Source: Macrostomum hystrix
Taxonomy: Eukaryota; Animalia; Platyhelminthes
Length of the DNA stretch: 64,000 bases
NCBI GenBank assembly: GCA_950097015.1
Contig: CATNEN010000002.1
Span: 3,596,001 to 3,660,000, forward strand
Direction of reading: 5' to 3'
Part shown: piece after piece, positions 11,070 to 21,963 of the stretch
How positions within the stretch are numbered: the first letter of the stretch is position 1
Layout of the letters: each line of letters opens with the position of its first letter
Notes under the pieces: generated by a model
What the model was told of the DNA's origin: nothing
Seen by the model: the letters and a program-made list of their open reading frames with translations, nothing else
Databases searched by the model: none
Program-made: the position numbers and the translations under genes

Positions 11070-12165
11070 AGGTAGCATGGATTTTCGAGGGGAAGCATGA
11101 ATTGTCGAGGGGATAGCATGAGTAATCGAAGGGGTAGCCTTAATTTTTTAGGAGTTATTTCGGACAATAGAACGAGAGGCATAAATTATAGAGCGGTAGC
11201 ATGCTTTATCGAAAGGGTAACATTATTTTTATTGACACACTGAAAACTTTTGTAAATTGTACAGATTAGACTTTCATATTTCTCAATTTTAGTCAGACCC
11301 CTCCTCCTCCTTTCTATCTCTATATAAAACTGCAGTCTATATATGGTCACAAGTTGTCTCGAATTCGATCATTGTGCTGTTTTATTCATCTAGCTCCGAA
11401 GTTTATTGGAGATAACACTATTATTATTTTTTCTTAATAGGCTTTTTGGGTACATTTAACTGGTAATAGTAAGCGAATTCGATTAGCTACTGTCGAGGCA
11501 AATGTTTGTTAGGTTAATAGTTATTCTCGCTCTGAGAAAAAAATAAAATAGTTTTTCGAGTAGCAACAAGTGTTTTTCGATACAAAACTGGGAAAAGAAT
11601 TTTCGCTGCCAGCGTTTTTAGATTCACAAATATAAGAAAATTCCTTCAGCAAAGCTATAAGCGTTTTTCATAATATATTTTAACTTTTTTCTAGCATTCT
11701 TGCAAGCACTATTCTATTAAATTCCAAGCTAAATGAAGACTGTTGGAGCATACTTGCTGTTAGCAAGTTTTTCGAGCATTGCTACAATCATTTTCAATTC
11801 AAGACTAAGAGAAAATACTGTTTTATAGCTGATTCCTTTTAAAATAAGCGTATTTTTAAGCAGGACAGTTAAGAATAATTTTTCAATATTTCCAAAGTAA
11901 TTTTTAAAGAAAACAGGAAACTTAAAAATAATAGCTAGATATCCATAGATAGCAGGCATGATATATCAAGTAAATGGCAAAAGCATAGGTATTTGAAGGT
12001 GTTGCATAAACTATTGAGAGGGTTGCATGATCTTTTGAAAGGTAGCTAAATTATCGAGGCATTATAATGAATTATCAAATGAGTAGCATGAGTTATAGAG
12101 GGTTATTATGATTTATCAAAGGGTAGCATTGGTTGACAGAGTGAAAACCTTTCGTAATTGCACAG
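11070..12165 (+). repeat. Two copies of the AT-rich/GTAGCATGA repeat family (11070-11270, 11520-12165)
   Basis: Both end in a shared block gacaNaNtgaaaacNtttNgtaa(a)ttg. The internal block matches 600-2540. Confidence 0.55.
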
Positions 12166-13387
12166 ATTTATCTATGCGGCTACAAGCTCCCCATAGTCTC
12201 CCCATAAGCTCCCCATAGCTGCTAGAATTGTAACTGTTCCCAATAATGACGGTTTCCCTGATTCTCCATCCTTTGGACAAAAAGTAATTCCTCAAAGTTT
12301 TCATTTTATTCACACTAATAAGTAAAACAACACGAGATATCATTTTTGGCTAAAAAAGAACTGATGTGGTCATCAAAATTTAATAATTTTTGTGAACGTA
12401 AAGCAAAGTTGTGTTATTAAAAAATGCATTCCCTAGGCTTTTCCCACACTGCAGATTCTGAGAATAAGCATTTCCGGAACCATTATGGCGTTGCCATTCT
12501 TGCCATAATACTTAAGCATTTGTGCATGCCGATTGCTAGCAAACATCTTCAATCTCAAATAAGGTATATGGTTCTCCTGCGGATATTATTTCTATTCGGC
12601 TTAAAAGGCAGTTATTACCTTGCTGGGCTGTACTAAATACTATTTTGTGCTAAGTAGTCCCAGGAGGTAAAAAGTAGAAAAACACGATCGTCGTTGTAAA
12701 GCCGATCTCGATTGTGGCTACCTCAAGCTCACGGCCAGAGACCTTGCCTATGTGCGCGCCCAGGCCTTGAAACTTGCCTTCTGATGCTTTTCTCTAACTC
12801 TGGCGTATATTGTTTCTATTAATGTTGTTGTTGTTGCGTTAACTAGGCTTGATGATGAAGCGATCTTATGTTTAATAAGGATATAACGTTTTTTTTAACT
12901 GAGGCTTCATTTTATGTAAGCAAAATAAATTATCCATGGCCTTATGATGGATTAATTAGTTAAACGATGAGGATATTTAAATCTGTAATATCGTACTATT
13001 GTACACGTTTTAACGCGCAGTTTTACGATAAAGTTTCTTTTTCGTACTTTCATCGAAGATTCACATGATCAGCTCTTAGCTGAGAAAGAGTTTCACATAT
13101 TTTCGTCGATTCCAGTCATCTTCAGTTCAGTAATGTATTTGTTTTAGTGCTGTAATAGGTCAGACATTTTAAAACACTTCAGATGCTTAGTTTTTAATCC
13201 ATTTTCACAAATGGGCTAAAACTGTACGGCGCGCTGACATGTGGGCCTTCGTCAACAAGATGGTTGATCTCGACTCCAGATATTCCTGATGCGCATGCCT
13301 TAGCTCCAGCCAATAGCGACCAGCGAAGTACTCACTCTATTGGTTGTCGCCTCGCTCTCCACCTCAGCAGTCCACTATAAGACCCGT

Positions 13388-13397
13388 TGCTATAAAT
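13388..13397 (+). promoter_or_regulatory. Candidate TATA box of the Ig-domain gene
   Basis: GCTATAAATA about 105 nt upstream of the ATG at 13499. Confidence 0.45.
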
Positions 13398-13498
13398 ATG
13401 GACACTTGCAGCAGAAATCTAGGCAAGTTTAGGCGGAGTTCTATCTTCAATCTTTGAGACATTAATTAGAAATTATTTTCAACCAGCAGCGCAAAGCC

Positions 13499-16400
13499 AT
13501 GGGCCAGCCAGCAGTTGTCCTTGCCTGCCTATTCCTTGGCCTTCTGTTGTCGCCAATGAGCGCCAACGCCCAAGATCCGGCCGTCAACGACACCATTCAG
13601 ATTAGTACGTTCTGTTGTTATTTACAATAGCTTCCGATTACTTTACTGGCAAGTTTTTTCTGTCTTCAATTTTCAGACGAGACCGTCGCACCGACACTGT
13701 CTGGCACAATGAGATACTCGAGTCCTGTACCGCTCGTTAAGGTCCCACGTGAGTTTTGTTCATGAGATATAGTTTTTAGGGATTTCTTGCATATGCTTTT
13801 TTAATCCAATAACAAATCTGAGATGTGCTGTCTACGAGCAATAATTAGAAATCCTTCAATCATTATTTTATAGTCTAATGAGTAACTTCTAGTGTTTTGA
13901 TACTAGAAGCTAATGGTCAATAAGCGGCTAGTTGTTTAAAAGGAAGTAGTTGGACACGAAATTATGAATGTGAAAAGACAAGAAACCAATGTGTGAGCCA
14001 GTTGCAAGTATATGCTTTAGTACGTTTTGATAGAAAATACACTAGAAACGATAATAGTTGTTAATCTAATGCCCTGCACACAAGGGCTTGCACAAGTAAA
14101 GATTTCTCTAAAATCTCAATAATTTGATCAATTAGAGCTGATTTGTGCACGCTTTTATTACTCTGAAACCAATAAATGAATCTCTATTTTGCGATAAACT
14201 GCTCACAGTAATCCTGTAATTACGAAAGTTTTTCAGTCTGTCAAACAATGCTACTTCTGATAAATCATACTACAGCTCTATAAGTCATGCTACTCCCTTG
14301 ATAATTCATTATACCCCCCTAGAAAACGGATGCTACTCACGTGATAAATCATGCCACATCTAAGAATCATGTCGCACTCAAATAATAAAGCTACTTTTTT
14401 CCTCGAAAAATCATGCTACCCAATCAATAAAACTTGCTACCCATTTAATAAATCATGCTACCCCTAGAAAGCTTATGGTGGCCCCTTAATAAATCAAAGC
14501 TAACCCAAATCCATTCCTGCACCCCTGGATAATTTCTGCTACTCTTTTGATGAATCATGCTACCCCTCAATTTATCATGTTACAACTCAATTAATCATGT
14601 TACCACTCGATAATTTATGCAACCCGCTCGATAACTTGCACTACATGTCGATAAATCGCTTTCCCTAAAAAATTTCTGCTACCCTTCGACAATTTCCAAT
14701 ACTCTTGAAAAAGCATGCTCCCCTTAGACGATTTCTTTTTTCGTCGCTAATTCATGCCTTCCTCTCGATAAATTTTCCTTCCCTCTTAAATCTTCATGCT
14801 AACACCTCGATAATTGATGCTTTACTTAGATAATTAATGGTTTATCATTGTTGATTTACATCAATGGATAATTTACTTCCACCCACAGTAATGGTTGTCC
14901 TACTTTCAGTTTAGTAACGGGCTAAGAAAGTGGCAGTTATTATTTGCAAAAATGTGTCAATCAAGTGACATGGGGTAAACGACTGGTTTTGTACATTTGT
15001 GGACATTGCAGCGGCTAACCCTAGATCGCGAGGAGGAGGTCCGAACTGGGGTAAGAGTGTTAGTGTGATAAGGCTGGGTTGAGCGAGCGAGTGGATCAAT
15101 AGTTCAGCCAATTGGAGGGCTCGCTACCATTGAGCAATATATCATTGAATTGAAGTCTGCTTTGCACATTTTACTAATTCAATTCTAACACACACACACA
15201 CACAGGTGAGAAAAGCTGTGATGTAACATATTTATAAATTCGCACTGACTGGAGTCTCGCTAGTGGAGTTGACACAGCTATGCACAGCTATGCACAATTC
15301 TTTTCAGAGTAGTCACCTTAAAAAACTGGCCCTGATGCAATCATTAAAATTGGCTGTGAATTGCGCGTTGAAAAAAGTGGCGCTGATTGAGTTCTGTAAA
15401 AAACCTAGAACAGTTTTTCCAATATTTAGTCCCCCTTAGCAATGAAGTCAAGCTTAATAAAAACACGTGTGCCGATTCGGACGAACTTCTTACTAAGAGG
15501 TTTGGAGTTCTAACTTCAGCCGGAAGGAAAAATATGTGGCCTTGGGCAAGACAGTTTTGAAGCCTTGAAGAGGTCACGGTCAAGCCTTTGGACTGGTTGG
15601 CACAAACAAGTTGCATATAGTCTTTGTTCTATGCACTCTTTGTTTCGATTTCCACTTTCAGAGAAGCCGCCCGTACCGAAATACATCATTGCGGAGAAGA
15701 CTCTCATCAATGGCGGGCGTCAGTGGTTGTATTGCTACGATGAAAACGCTGTGCCGCCAGCCAAGGTCTGGTGGGATGTTTGGTGGAAGAATGCTACTAC
15801 AGTTCCTGGCGTGGTTGTAAGTGTTCTGGATCTTAAAGTATTGAAATTATTTTGTACAAGATTGACGACGTTCGATTCGCCGCCTGTGAAAACTCCACTT
15901 CGGGAGTAAGACCCCCCAAAGGCAGAGAGCTTGCATTTGTCATAGCTGGCCAACAATAAAGGTTGTCTGACAAAGCGTCAGTCAATCACACGAGCGCGTG
16001 CAGGTGTACACCTGCACTGTAAATTACACTCAGCGGAGCAACTGAGCAGACCCACGCTACCACACCGCCAGTAAAAAATGTTATTAGGATGCACACAGAT
16101 ACTTAATAATAAGAAAAATAATAACACTATTTATAATAAGAAAATTCATAATATCAACTAAACAAACAATAGTAATAATATATTAATTGCAAGAGGGCTG
16201 CAGTCAACGGCACATAATTTGGTGACACTATACCTGCAGCAAGCGAGGAGGCAATTCTGCCCATTCCGCTGACTCCTGAGCACACAAGCACTCAGATACT
16301 GTACGCAGACACACGCTCACACAGGTGTGTACATCGCCCTGAATTTCTCATCGTCAGGCAGTGTACACTCTCAATTTGCCTCGGAGGTCGGCCCTCAAGG

Positions 16401-19400
16401 GCATCCTCTGCGGCTGCGCCCCAAATGAATGTGGCCTCGCCGCGGAATCGAGCTCAGGGACCTTGGTGCGAGAGGTAAATGCGTCAGACCGCTCTGCCAC
16501 TAACCCCCACGGGCAGTAGACAGACTGTGTAGACAGACACGGATGCTTGCACAGGCAAACTCCTTCCAGGTTGTATTACTGTTCCACCTCAAAATTCAAT
16601 GTAGCCTTTTGACTAGCTTCACACATTCCGAATTTATTTTAACAGTTGGCTGACGAGGGTCAGATCGGAAACCGAAGCTACGCGAACATTACTTTTATTA
16701 TGGACAAGCGCGTACACCAGCTGCCCTTCACTTGCAATGCGAAAAACGACGTTGCGCACGAAACCAAGTCGTTCAACATGCGCTTCGAGTCGATGGACTG
16801 TAAGTTTATTTACGGATTTTTGACTTAATGTGTATAATATTATATAATGACTTTTTTCACTTTTTTCTCTTTATGGCCTTTTAACTTTAAATAAGAAATA
16901 CTTCGTTTTGATAGTCTACCTCGACCCTTCATAAAAATGTGTCTGTAAAAATTCGGATCCTCAGACGATCCACTGCAGCTGAAGATCATCGTGAAAGACA
17001 CTTACGGCATGATGTACAAAGTGCAAAACGACAGCCTCGCGGTGACCGACACTGTCTACTCTCCGATGGACCAGTTCGGCACGACTGGATACGGCTACTA
17101 TGACCCGAATGTGATCATATACTGCCACATGACTGGAAATCCGTACGGCACGGACCTGGAGCTGGTGCACGATGACCCATACACAGCGTCGGACGTGCCT
17201 CTAGTAATAAAGCAATGCGAAAATATGCAGGTAGCGGCGAACATTGTCTACTGTCGGGTGCCAAGCTACGATTGGTACGCCGATTACCAATGGCAGTGCC
17301 GAGCTAAACAACAGAATCCCGAGACCAAAGCCGTGACATCCTACACAAAAAAGCTCGACTTTGTGAAAGTGGAGTCGAAAATCCGCATTCGCATGAAGTA
17401 TTACAAGTGGTACAGCTACAATAACCGCTACCTCACGTTCTACATGACCCGCGGTGGAGTGGCGCTGATCCGATGCGACGCTAAATACGATGAGTAAGAA
17501 TGCCCGAACAGCAAAAGAGCTAGTCCGCGCTCTGATTGGCCCGTGGTTGTACGATGATCTAGGAGGAGTTAGGGTGGCTGGGAGAACATCATTTACTATT
17601 TAGCTATTTTTGTTATAACATAATTGGAATTAACTTTTAAATATGCGTTTTGAACGGCGGATGAAGTTTTATCGTATTTTGCATATACTCGTATAACAAT
17701 TGGAGCGGAGTAGTGGTGGTCTTGACATGATTTGGAGAAAAACTGAGAGACTGAGGTTAGTGAGGTTAGTAGAGACTAGGCAACATTTATTGCCTGGATA
17801 GTTTTTTGAATCCATCAAATACTGCAGATTCGATCAACTCACAGAAACAAGTCTCTTATCGAAAATAGAATTTCTTTTATTAGACCTGAGCGTCGTAAAG
17901 AAATTTTTGTTTGCTCACTGCATCTTACTACTACAATATCAGCTGTTCTGCTTTTTCCATTCTGAAGGGGCGGTCGAGTCTCTGAGATCCCATTCCCGCA
18001 CCAGTACGAGTTCTATCTAGTCGGCCAGAGCGGACTTCCTCACTACGCCAAGCAGGAGGGCAACACTCTGACAATCAGCGACATCCCTGACACGCTCAAC
18101 AACAAGGAGATTGTCTGCTTTGTCCGACCTCAGAATGCTTCCGAGATTCCTTCGCAGGGCATCGGGCAGCGCTACTTTAAAATCATTGTGTTCAGTAAGA
18201 ATTAGAGATACACATTGGCGACACTTGTTTTCGTTTCATTCCTGCACCAATGTCCCTGAGCTCGATTCCGAGGCTTCGGGGCTTGTCGTGCCATTTATGC
18301 CCTTGAGAGCCGAACCCCAAGGTACATTGAGAGTGTACACTGCCTGAAGAAACTTCAAGGCAGATACGATCACCTGTGAGTTTGTGCCTGTATACAGTAT
18401 CCATGTACCTGTGCATGTTCAGAAGTCAGCGAAATGTGCTGAATTGTCTCTCCGTTGGCTGCGAATCGGGAATCGTTTCTTCTTGGCTGAGGTTTGGCAA
18501 ACTCCCGACCCCCAGATTAGTGCCTGAATCTCTAAGCACAGGCCTACTAAATCTTTGTGAGTTAAGAGACCAAAGTAGTGAGTCAGAGAACCAGTCTGTG
18601 AGTCCGTACAGAAAGAGATCGGCCGGTTTAGAAGGAGTCCCACCAGCCTTCCACTAAGATAATGTTCGCACACCATCGTTTTCTCTAGCGATTCCCGAGA
18701 GGCCCAACATCGTCGTCACAATGAAGGACACCGTGAACTCTTCGTTGATCATTCGAAATCCGGACACCGTCGATTTGCGCCGCGATGGACCACCGATTGA
18801 GCTGACCTGCACTCTGCAGAACTACGACGCAGAAATGGATATAAATTTAGAACCAAATCGCTATTCAGACGTATATCGCTACCTGGACTGGGTCAAGGTA
18901 GGTTAAACTGGAAAGCCCTGTTAATAGCCGTTCTATTTCGAATATTTTTGCAAGCATCCATTCACACACACACTCACAAAAGTGCAAGAACTTCAATTGC
19001 CTCTACGATGAGAGGGAAGCCGGCACTGCCACCGAGGTTTCCGGCATGAAAAAGCGTTTCGAGGGCGGCAAAGTGACGCTGACGCTGCAGACTGGCTCCG
19101 TGGAAAATTCGGGCGTTTTTATGTGCGTGGCCGTCAGGTCATTCATCAACGTATCGGGGGTTGAAGATCTGCTTATTATTCAGTCGGTGCCCATCAAGGC
19201 TTTCGTGCTGAGTAAGAACTTTTCGCGCAACATGATTCTGCCGGAAGCTGTGAAAGCTAATTCGGATTAGGTTCAGTTATAATGTAGTAAGCTTCAAGAT
19301 TGCATCATGAGAGACGCGTTCAAGGCCGTTGTCGAAGATTCCGTTCCTGTCACATTTTCCAACTTAGTAGCTTGGACAATGTTTGTTAGGAGGGGGTGAG

Positions 19401-21020
19401 TGGCAGAGCGGTCTCAGTTTCTCAGAGCACCAAGATTCCTGACCGAACTCGCGGCATGCCCAGACTAACTTGGGGTGCAGCCGCAGCGAGAGGGTTTAAG
19501 GGTCTTGCTGTACAATTGGCACGCTTTAGGGCCAGCTTAAAGGTGCAGTAAGATAGTACTTTACCTGAAATCAGGGTCTGTGTACATCATCTGTGTACTG
19601 TGTGCTCAGGAGTCAGGGAAATGGGCTTCGCTCAGAATTAGGGTTCGCTTTATTTCCGGGTACCCTGGGGATACTCTGGTCAACTGGATCGACCAGCTGC
19701 TGATTTCAGTTGATTTGGTTCGATGATTGACCATAGGTCTCCATTCTGGAGTCTTAAGTTGACATCCCTAAGTGCGTTAGTCGGGCTAACGTACGTTAAA
19801 CCTCGACCCCTTAGCCCGACCTGGCGAAATCGACGATGAGGAAAAGAGTTACGGCAGGATATCCATCACGAAGTCGGGCAAAGGCGACATTTATTTTGAA
19901 TGCCTCGTTGCCGGCTACCCGTACCCGGATCTGGATATTACCAGGCGCGACGCGGACAATGTTCAACTGGAGACCCCAAGGTGGATCAGGCAGTTTGAGA
20001 AGGCCTACCACACCAATTCGAGCTCCAACATATACGGGTCGCAGCTAGTTTACAAGTGAGTGTTTAGATTTAGAAGCATTGTGGTTTAATGAATTGAAGT
20101 ACACAAACAGATTCTAAAGGCTATTCTAACACCCCTTCCATTTCAGACTACCAAAAGGTAAGTAAAGGACATCAACTCGCTTGCTCAATCGGAAAGGAGC
20201 GATAAGGAAGTAACACAGCTGGTAGATAGGTTTGTGAACTTGTTACTCGTTTTATCTAGATTGATTGGTTCAACCAATCAGCGCGTGTGGTTGAAGCCTT
20301 GTGATTAGAGCGTGAAAATCTCGACTTGAAGGTCGGAAGTTCGATTCCCGACTCCAATAGCGAACAATTTGTGTTCTTTAGCAATACACTTATCTTTAAA
20401 TTGCTTCACTTCATACATTTGTTACATGGGTACCAGCATTAGGTGGGGTAATTGAGGGTGGTGTGGCGTCTGCCCAGTCCATGGACTTAATGGTATAAGG
20501 CCTTAATAGCCTTAATAAAATATTATTCATTATTATTATTGGTTATTGTGTGATATTTGTGGAAAAATAATCAATAGAGAAGCCAAAATATAGCTTGTGA
20601 GGCTGTTGAAATAATCAAAAGTAAAAAAACGGTATCAATACGGGAAAAGAGAAATGATTCCTGTTTTCCCATTGGCTGAAAGACATCACGTAAGTAGGTT
20701 TTCCGTGTGCTAAAAATAGTATGGGCAGTCCATGGAACTTCCGCGAAGAAATCGAATCGCCTAGCAAGCACAAAGTCAATACTGACACTAGAATTCATTT
20801 ATCTAAGCCAGAATATATTCTAAGGAAAGCTAGGCAGAAGGTGTTGCCTGAAGTGACACACTGCATTTTGACTCCCAAATTTTCATCGCTTCACACCTTC
20901 ACAACTGCAGAGAACATCGGCCGCGACAACGCGTATGGCACCTACGTGTGCTCCGCTCAGAACTCTCTCGGCAAGGCGGAATTTAAGAGCACCTGGGACG
21001 CGGAGAGAGCGTCATTCTGA
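13499..21020 (+). CDS. Secreted immunoglobulin-superfamily protein, ~678 aa, five Ig-like domains, no TM segment
   Basis: Phase-consistent exons 13499-13604, 13677-13748, 15662-15816, 16646-16799, 16965-17493, 17968-18194, 18689-18897, 18989-19211 (acceptor may be 6 nt earlier), 19815-20055, 20147-20157, 20911-21020, totalling 2037 nt. Signal peptide MGQPAVVLACLFLGLLLSPMSANA. Cys pairs include LYC..PPAKVWW/FTCNAKN and FECLVAGYPYP/YGTYVCSAQNSLG. Confidence 0.8.
14215..14830 (-). repeat. Minus-strand copy of the GTAGCATGA repeat family
   Basis: Many atcatgctaccc units. 14215-14285 is the reverse complement of the 12105-12165 terminal block. Confidence 0.65.
15230..15465 (-). repeat. Family X dispersed repeat (homologous to 2830-3040)
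   Basis: Reverse-complement match by eye over ~200 bp. Confidence 0.65.
16187..16508 (-). mobile_element. tRNA-derived SINE family 1, near full length
   Basis: Head gtggcagagcggtc...ctctcgcaccaaggtccctgagctcgattccgcggcgaggccaca, body gagtgtacactgcctgacgatgagaaa, 3' gagtcagcggaatgggcagaattgcctcctcgc. Confidence 0.8.
18240..18470 (+). mobile_element. SINE family 1, diverged and 5'-truncated
   Basis: gtccctgagctcgattccg, gagagtgtacactgcctga and gaagtcagcgaaat blocks. Confidence 0.6.
19391..19630 (+). mobile_element. SINE family 1, diverged
   Basis: gggggtgagtggcagagcggtc head and ctcaggagtcagggaaatgggc block. Confidence 0.6.
20283..20500 (+). mobile_element. tRNA-derived SINE family 2 with CORE-like domain
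   Basis: B box ggaagttcgattccc, then gtgttctttagcaatacacttatc...tgcttcacttcatacatttgttacatgggtacc. Homologous to 39490-39690. Confidence 0.55.
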
Positions 21021-21456
21021 TGAGCCGACTCTGATTGGCTGATAAAGAAAAGTACACACGAAAACCGAAGTAGCACGAAATATACTTTTACATCATGTAC
21101 TCGATTTAAAATTTCATTGGCTGGTACTTTTTGATTATGAAATATATTATCTGAATCTAAGGCAATATGAATAAAGCGAAAAAACTGCGTTTTAAGTTGC
21201 CAACAAAGTTCTTGCAGCAATCAATAAATGCTTTTGAGATTGTTTATGAGCAAATCTAACTTGTTGCTACCGCTATTCGCATTATGCCCCAATTGACATT
21301 CGCGACTAAATATAGATGCTAGATATTTATTGGTCCTGCGACAGTCATCCTGGACAAGAACCTCGCCAGGACTATGAAGGAAAAATGACAAAAATTGCTG
21401 ACTAAATTCAGACTTGTGCAGCCTCGCCCATTACCAATGTCCACTTCAGCAGGCTA

Positions 21457-21630
21457 TTCACCTGTTCACAGCTTGTATGTGTTCACCTGTTCACAGCTTG
21501 TATGTGTTCACCTGTTCACAGCTTGTATGTGTTCACCTGTTCACAGCTTGTATGTGTTCACCTGTTCACAGCTTGTATGTGTTCACCTGTTCACAGCTTG
21601 TATGTGTTCACCTGTTCACAGCTTGTGTCT
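21457..21630 (+). repeat. 25-bp tandem repeat (GTTCACCTGTTCACAGCTTGTATGT)n, ~6.5 copies
   Basis: Period 25 (21481, 21506, 21531). Confidence 0.95.
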
Positions 21631-21963
21631 GTTCTCCTATTCACCTATGCACCTATTTACCTATTCACCTATTTCTTTGACCACCAATTCACTTATTCAC
21701 AGCTGAATCTGTCCGCTTGTTCACTGTTATCTTATTAATCCACCAACACCAGCTAACACCACGAATTCCAATACAGGTCTGACAAAACTGCTAAACCCAG
21801 TTGGTCAAAAAAGTTCTTTTTCCGTTAAAGGACTGTTGAACGCATAGTCATTGCTATAATTAGCTAAGGGAAAATCCGCGAAAAATTCCTGGAAATGCGC
21901 TGGATAGAAATTGGCTGAGTAATATTTTTTATTTTCACTCGTCAAGATTTCTCGTAGACGGCC

